DNA from: a virus
Lineage: Duplodnaviria; Heunggongvirae; Uroviricota; Caudoviricetes
DNA length: 45,266 nucleotides
Virus record (IMG/VR): IMGVR_UViG_2531839130_000013
Strand: one strand, 5' to 3'
The translations under genes were made by a program, and so were the position numbers. Positions 41,601 through 45,266 of this stretch are shown in pieces. Each line of letters starts with the position of its first letter. Position 1 is the first letter of the stretch. The notes beneath the pieces are model-generated. The model saw only the letters and a program-made list of their open reading frames with translations, was not told the origin of the DNA and did not search any database.

Positions 41601-43724
41601 ATGGCAGTAAAGATTTCAGGTGTGCTGAAAGACGGGGCGGGTAAGCCTGTCGTAAATTGTGCGATTGAACTGCGGGCCAGAAGAACCAGTCCGACCGTTG
41701 TGGCACACGTTGTCGCCACTTGTGTGACGGACAATAACGGTGCTTATGTGATTGAGGCTGAGCCGGGGTATTACGAGGTTGCGCTTAACCGTAACGGCTG
41801 GCAGCCAACCCGTGTCGGGGATATTTATGTGGCACCGACTGACACACCTGGGACACTGAACGCGTTTCTGGATGCACCAAAGGATGGTGATTTACGTCCG
41901 GAGGTGATGAAGCGTTTTGAGGAAATGGTGGATGCAGTTACCCGGCAGTCAGAGCAGGTCACTGATGACCGTAAAAGAGCAGAGTCGGCAGCGGATACAG
42001 CAACAAACGCAGCGACCTCTGCTCTTGACAGTAAAAATAAGGCAGAAGAGCTGAAAAATCAGGCACAGCAGAGCGCCGAAGCGGCTGCAAAAAGCGAGCA
42101 GAACGCAAAAAGTCACGCTGATAATGCAGCCGGAAGCGCACAACAGACTGCACAGGATGTGACAGCAACCGAAACGGCCCGTGATGACGCAGAGCGTTTT
42201 GCGAATGAGGCAGAAAACAGTGCTCAGGCATCAGGGGCAGCGCGGAATGAATCGGTTGATGCAGCCGGACGCGCCAGTCAGTATAAGGAAGCAGCATCTT
42301 TGGCTGCGACCAGTGCAGAAAATGCGGCAAATGTTGCGCTGGGCCATGAAAATAACGCTGCCGAATACGCCCGGCAGGCGAAGGCCAGCCAGGATGCGAG
42401 CGCAGGCAATGCGCAGGAAGCGAAACAGCAGAGGGACGAGGCGCAACGGATTGTTGATGACCTGAAGGGAAGCAATGCTTCCACAACAGAAAAAGGCCTG
42501 GTGCAACTCTGTAGTGATACAGACAACGACAGCGAGGAACTGGCAGCCACACCAAAAGCCGTCAAAACCGTCATGGACGAGACGAAAACAAAAGCGCCGC
42601 TGGACAGCCCGGCATTCACCGGCACACCCACCACACCAACCCCACCGGACGATGCTGCCGGTCTGGAAACAGCGAACGCGGCATTTGTTCGCAAACTGCT
42701 TGCTGCGCTGGTTGACTCGTCACCGGAAGCCCTGGACACGCTGAACGAGCTGGCAGCAGCGCTGGGCAATGACCCGAACTTTGCGACAACGGTTACTAAA
42801 GCACTGGCAGGTAAACAGCCGCTTAACAATACGTTAACCAATATCAGCAAGGTAGGGGTGGGACAAAACTCTCTCCTTTATTTTGGTGATAACTTTGAGG
42901 CAAAAGCAATTCCATGCAGCAACAAGGCTCGCTTATTACTGTCACGAAACACGCCTGGAGACATGCGCACGGAGCTTGGACTGAAAGCTGCTGCTACGAT
43001 GGAACCCCAGAGCTATATCCGCGACCGCGCACCGGGCAGGCTGGCACTGTCCGGTATGCATGGGTTCGGTCAGGCATTTGCCAGCACCGAAGCCCTGACA
43101 TTTAACGGGCAGGCCGATTTTGTTGAATGGCTGAAAGTGGCCACGCCGGGGCGTTATGCGGTCAGTCTTGCGGATTCTTCCATGCTGCTGGTAGGCACCA
43201 AGAAATTTAACGGCATCATTGATGTGATGTGGTCGCCCTTTGATAACGATGAGTCGGACACAATACGCAAATTCAAAACACTGCTGTGTTTTAACCAGTA
43301 TTACGAAGGTGAGCATAGTATTCATTTCCTGACTTACCGCTTTAGTGGAAACAACTGGAATGCAACAGTAAGCCCCATTATTTACGACGGCGATTCGCTG
43401 GCCTTCCTGCTGTCCAGGACGGCGGGCTCAGGCTCATATTTCAAATACCCGGCAGTGGGTGTTCCAGTGCTGGCTGTTTATCGCGGAACAACTTTCGGGG
43501 ATAAAGAAATCAATATTGGCCTGGGTGATGTGGTGCAGGGGTCACAACTGGGCGGAGTTAATCTTTCGTGCTTAATATCTTCTCCTGGGGTTGGCTCCTA
43601 CAATTCCGCACCGAGTGCAGGAGCTACAGGGTACACTTTCCCGGGGCGTTATATGGCGCTATCCGGGGTCAGGGACTCTAAAGGAATAACCGGTCGTATC
43701 TGCCTGTTTGTGCGCATCGAGTAA
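41601..43724 (+). CDS. stf: Side tail fibre protein (Stf-like) with divergent C-terminal domain
   Basis: N-terminus MAVKISGVLKDGAGKPVVNCAIEL... matches lambda Stf; alanine-rich coiled-coil middle; C-terminal 300 aa unlike lambda. Confidence 0.8.
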   Translation: MAVKISGVLKDGAGKPVVNCAIELRARRTSPTVVAHVVATCVTDNNGAYVIEAEPGYYEVALNRNGWQPTRVGDIYVAPTDTPGTLNAFLDAPKDGDLRPEVMKRFEEMVDAVTRQSEQVTDDRKRAESAADTATNAATSALDSKNKAEELKNQAQQSAEAAAKSEQNAKSHADNAAGSAQQTAQDVTATETARDDAERFANEAENSAQASGAARNESVDAAGRASQYKEAASLAATSAENAANVALGHENNAAEYARQAKASQDASAGNAQEAKQQRDEAQRIVDDLKGSNASTTEKGLVQLCSDTDNDSEELAATPKAVKTVMDETKTKAPLDSPAFTGTPTTPTPPDDAAGLETANAAFVRKLLAALVDSSPEALDTLNELAAALGNDPNFATTVTKALAGKQPLNNTLTNISKVGVGQNSLLYFGDNFEAKAIPCSNKARLLLSRNTPGDMRTELGLKAAATMEPQSYIRDRAPGRLALSGMHGFGQAFASTEALTFNGQADFVEWLKVATPGRYAVSLADSSMLLVGTKKFNGIIDVMWSPFDNDESDTIRKFKTLLCFNQYYEGEHSIHFLTYRFSGNNWNATVSPIIYDGDSLAFLLSRTAGSGSYFKYPAVGVPVLAVYRGTTFGDKEINIGLGDVVQGSQLGGVNLSCLISSPGVGSYNSAPSAGATGYTFPGRYMALSGVRDSKGITGRICLFVRIE

Positions 43725-43737
43725 CGGGGAATAAAAC

Positions 43738-44313
43738 ATGAAAATCAGAGCGGTAAAGGGCATCAGAAACGCCCATTATCTTGAAAATGGTGCGGTTGAC
43801 TGCGAGGTGTTATTTGAAGGTGAAACGGAATTCGTCCCGTATACCGCCATGCAGGATGATACCGCACCGACAGGCCAGCGCATCTGGGAAGAGTTGCAGA
43901 ACGGCAAATGGGGCGAAATCGCCCCTTTCACTGTCACGCCGGAACTTATCGCCGCGGCGAAGGATGCCAAAAAGCAGGAAATCGAGGCATGGCGCACAGA
44001 ACAGGAAGCACTGCCGTTCACCTTTGAATGGAACGGTCGCACCTGGAACGCTGGCCCCGACTCAATGGCCCGTCTTTATCCGGTAGTAATGGCGGCGAAA
44101 TCTGATACGGCACTAACCGCCCTTGCATGGGGTGATGCCGATAATCAACAGGTGAAACTGTCAATGCCGGAACTGGAAGAACTGGCGACAGCAATGGCGC
44201 AGGCACAGGTCGATCGCAATAACGAGATTTATCAGCGTCAGCGGGAGATGAAGGAAGAACTGAATAATCTTGATGATTTACGCTCAATCCGAGCGTTTGA
44301 CGTTACGCAATAA
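43738..44313 (+). CDS. Hypothetical protein downstream of stf (possible tail-fibre accessory protein)
   Basis: 191-aa ORF in the position where lambda has tfa, but the sequence does not resemble Tfa. Confidence 0.45.
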   Translation: MKIRAVKGIRNAHYLENGAVDCEVLFEGETEFVPYTAMQDDTAPTGQRIWEELQNGKWGEIAPFTVTPELIAAAKDAKKQEIEAWRTEQEALPFTFEWNGRTWNAGPDSMARLYPVVMAAKSDTALTALAWGDADNQQVKLSMPELEELATAMAQAQVDRNNEIYQRQREMKEELNNLDDLRSIRAFDVTQ

Positions 44314-44675
44314 AAAAACATTGATATGCCAGCCCCTTGTAAAAATATTGAACATGGACGCTTTGAGTTGAATTGGATTTACATGGGGCACCTTGGGGCA
44401 TATATGGGACATAAAAAGGCCTCAGACAAACAGCAAAATCGAGTTCAGGAGTTTTTAGAAAAAATACAACCATCTTAAAAAAACTTAGAAAACGCCCAGA
44501 AATCCACAGGATGGTAAAAAATATCTATGAATCATGGGTTTCCAGTTATATTCGCTCGGCGCAGCGTTAGTGTTTCATGAAATATTTTTTCCTGAATCAT
44601 CAACGGCAATGGCGTTAATTCTGGCAATGGGAACCTACGGTGCAGGTTATGTGGCACGTATTGTCGGAGCATTTA

Positions 44676-45068
44676 TTTTCGGAAAAATGGGCGACAGACG
44701 CCGCAGGACGTACTCGGAGTAGTAACGCGTATGGTCATTGCGCCGCGAGTGCCAATAACTTCCACCACAGCACCTGCAAGACAAATATTTCCGCAACCTG
44801 TATCTGTAATAACCTTATTATTTGCATAAGCCCATGAGCCTTTGCACATCCAGTAAGGATGGTTAAATGCCCCCTGACTCTCCAGCCACGAAATAAATTG
44901 CGCGGTTGTCCAGATCTGACTATCGCCACCAATATTCAGCCATGCTCTATATGCGCGGCAGGCACCAATATTTTTGGTGAAGGTATCTTTTACCGGAATA
45001 TCTGCACCGTTCTGGTTTTTCTGTAATGCGCCAGAAGCCTGATTTACCGTTTCCTGTAAACCGAGGTT
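44676..45068 (-). pseudogene. Start-less tail-fibre C-terminal coding segment on the minus strand (alternative fibre tip of an invertible segment)
   Basis: Open minus-strand frame with no start codon: ...NGADIPVKDTFTKNIGACRAYRAWLNIGGDSQIWTTAQFISWLESQGAFNHPYWMCKGSWAYANNKVITDTGCGNICLAGAVVEVIGTRGAMTIRVTTPSTS...; its 5' end abuts a gix/pix-like crossover sequence and the adjacent invertase gene. Tail-fibre assignment is by context and composition. Confidence 0.4.
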
Positions 45069-45076
45069 TTAGATAA
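45051..45076. promoter_or_regulatory. Candidate Pin/Gin-type recombination crossover site (pix/gix-like)
   Basis: ttcctgtaaaccgaggttttagataa resembles the gix consensus as I recall it (TTCCTGTAAACCGAGGTTTTGGATAA); about 55 bp upstream of the invertase start. Confidence 0.4.
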
Positions 45077-45130
45077 TGGCCGTATCCGGCCTGCATGGCA
45101 TGATTTGCGCTTTTGGACGGGAGATTCAGT

Positions 45131-45235
45131 GTGCTGATTGGTTATGTAAGGGTATCAACAAATGACCAGAATACAGACCTGCAACGAAACGCTCTTGTTT
45201 GTGCAGGATGTGAACAAATATTTGAAGATAAATAA
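45131..45235 (+). pseudogene. pin: Pin/Gin/Hin-family serine DNA invertase, N-terminal 34 codons ending in a premature TAA
   Basis: GTG start; VLIGYVRVSTNDQNTDLQRNALVCAGCEQIFEDK then TAA where invertases continue LSGTRTDRPGL; the following codons still encode SGTRTGRPGL in frame, indicating a point-mutational stop. Confidence 0.6.
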
Positions 45236-45266
45236 AGCGGAACAAGGACAGGCCGACCTGGATTAA

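Larger units (their letters stand above)
1..45266. mobile_element. Lambda-like prophage, int at the left edge through the tail-fibre region and an invertase fragment at the right edge
   Basis: Gene order int-xis-early left operon-repressor/cro-replication-Q-lysis-cos-terminase-head-tail-lom-stf matches lambda prophage order; many translated proteins align by eye with lambda Int, Nu1, A, W, B, D, E, FI, FII, Z, U, V, G, T, H, M, L, K, I, J, Lom, Stf. Attachment sites are not visible inside the window. Confidence 0.9.

Noticed and set aside
41601-44313. Second, inverted copy of the pix/gix-like crossover site inside or after stf
   Set aside because: Searched by eye for the core cctcggttt / aaaccgagg and flanking half-sites; only a weak partial match near 43789 (cattatcttgaaaa) was found, too degenerate to call.
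44331-44480. 51-codon plus-strand ORF (MPAPCKNIEHGRFELNWIYMGHLGAYMGHKKASDKQQNRVQEFLEKIQPS)
   Set aside because: No ribosome-binding site, A-rich intergenic context between stf-associated genes and the inversion remnant; insufficient evidence for a gene.

Overview
This window is an almost complete lambda-like (lambdoid) prophage in an enterobacterial (E. coli/Shigella-type) background, read in prophage order from the integrase stop codon at position 1 to a truncated pin invertase at the right edge. The early region (minus strand) carries int, xis, a large exonuclease-like gene, a DicF sRNA / DicB / YdfD-like cell-division cassette, and a repressor with a ParE-family toxin-antitoxin pair in the slot where lambda has rexAB. 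Rightward genes comprise a Cro-like/YdaT-like pair, an iteron-containing replication initiator, a lambda P-like helicase loader, a QueH-like enzyme, a hok type I toxin, RusA and a Q-like antiterminator. Between Q and the lysis cassette sit accessory genes: an AT-rich lipoprotein on the opposite strand, an orphan DNA methyltransferase and two tRNAs. The late region is a near-canonical lambda morphogenetic block (cos, Nu1, A, W, B, C with in-frame tandem repeats, D, E, FI, FII, Z, U, V, G/T frameshift, H, M, L, K, I, J, lom, stf), ending in a decayed invertible tail-fibre switch. All calls rest on reading the translations and the DNA directly; no database search was run, so family names are recognition from memory and the coordinates of small genes and RNA elements are approximate. 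Nothing here is demonstrably undescribed; the least conventional candidates are the toxin-antitoxin pair in the rexAB slot and the QueH-like/methyltransferase/tRNA accessory set.
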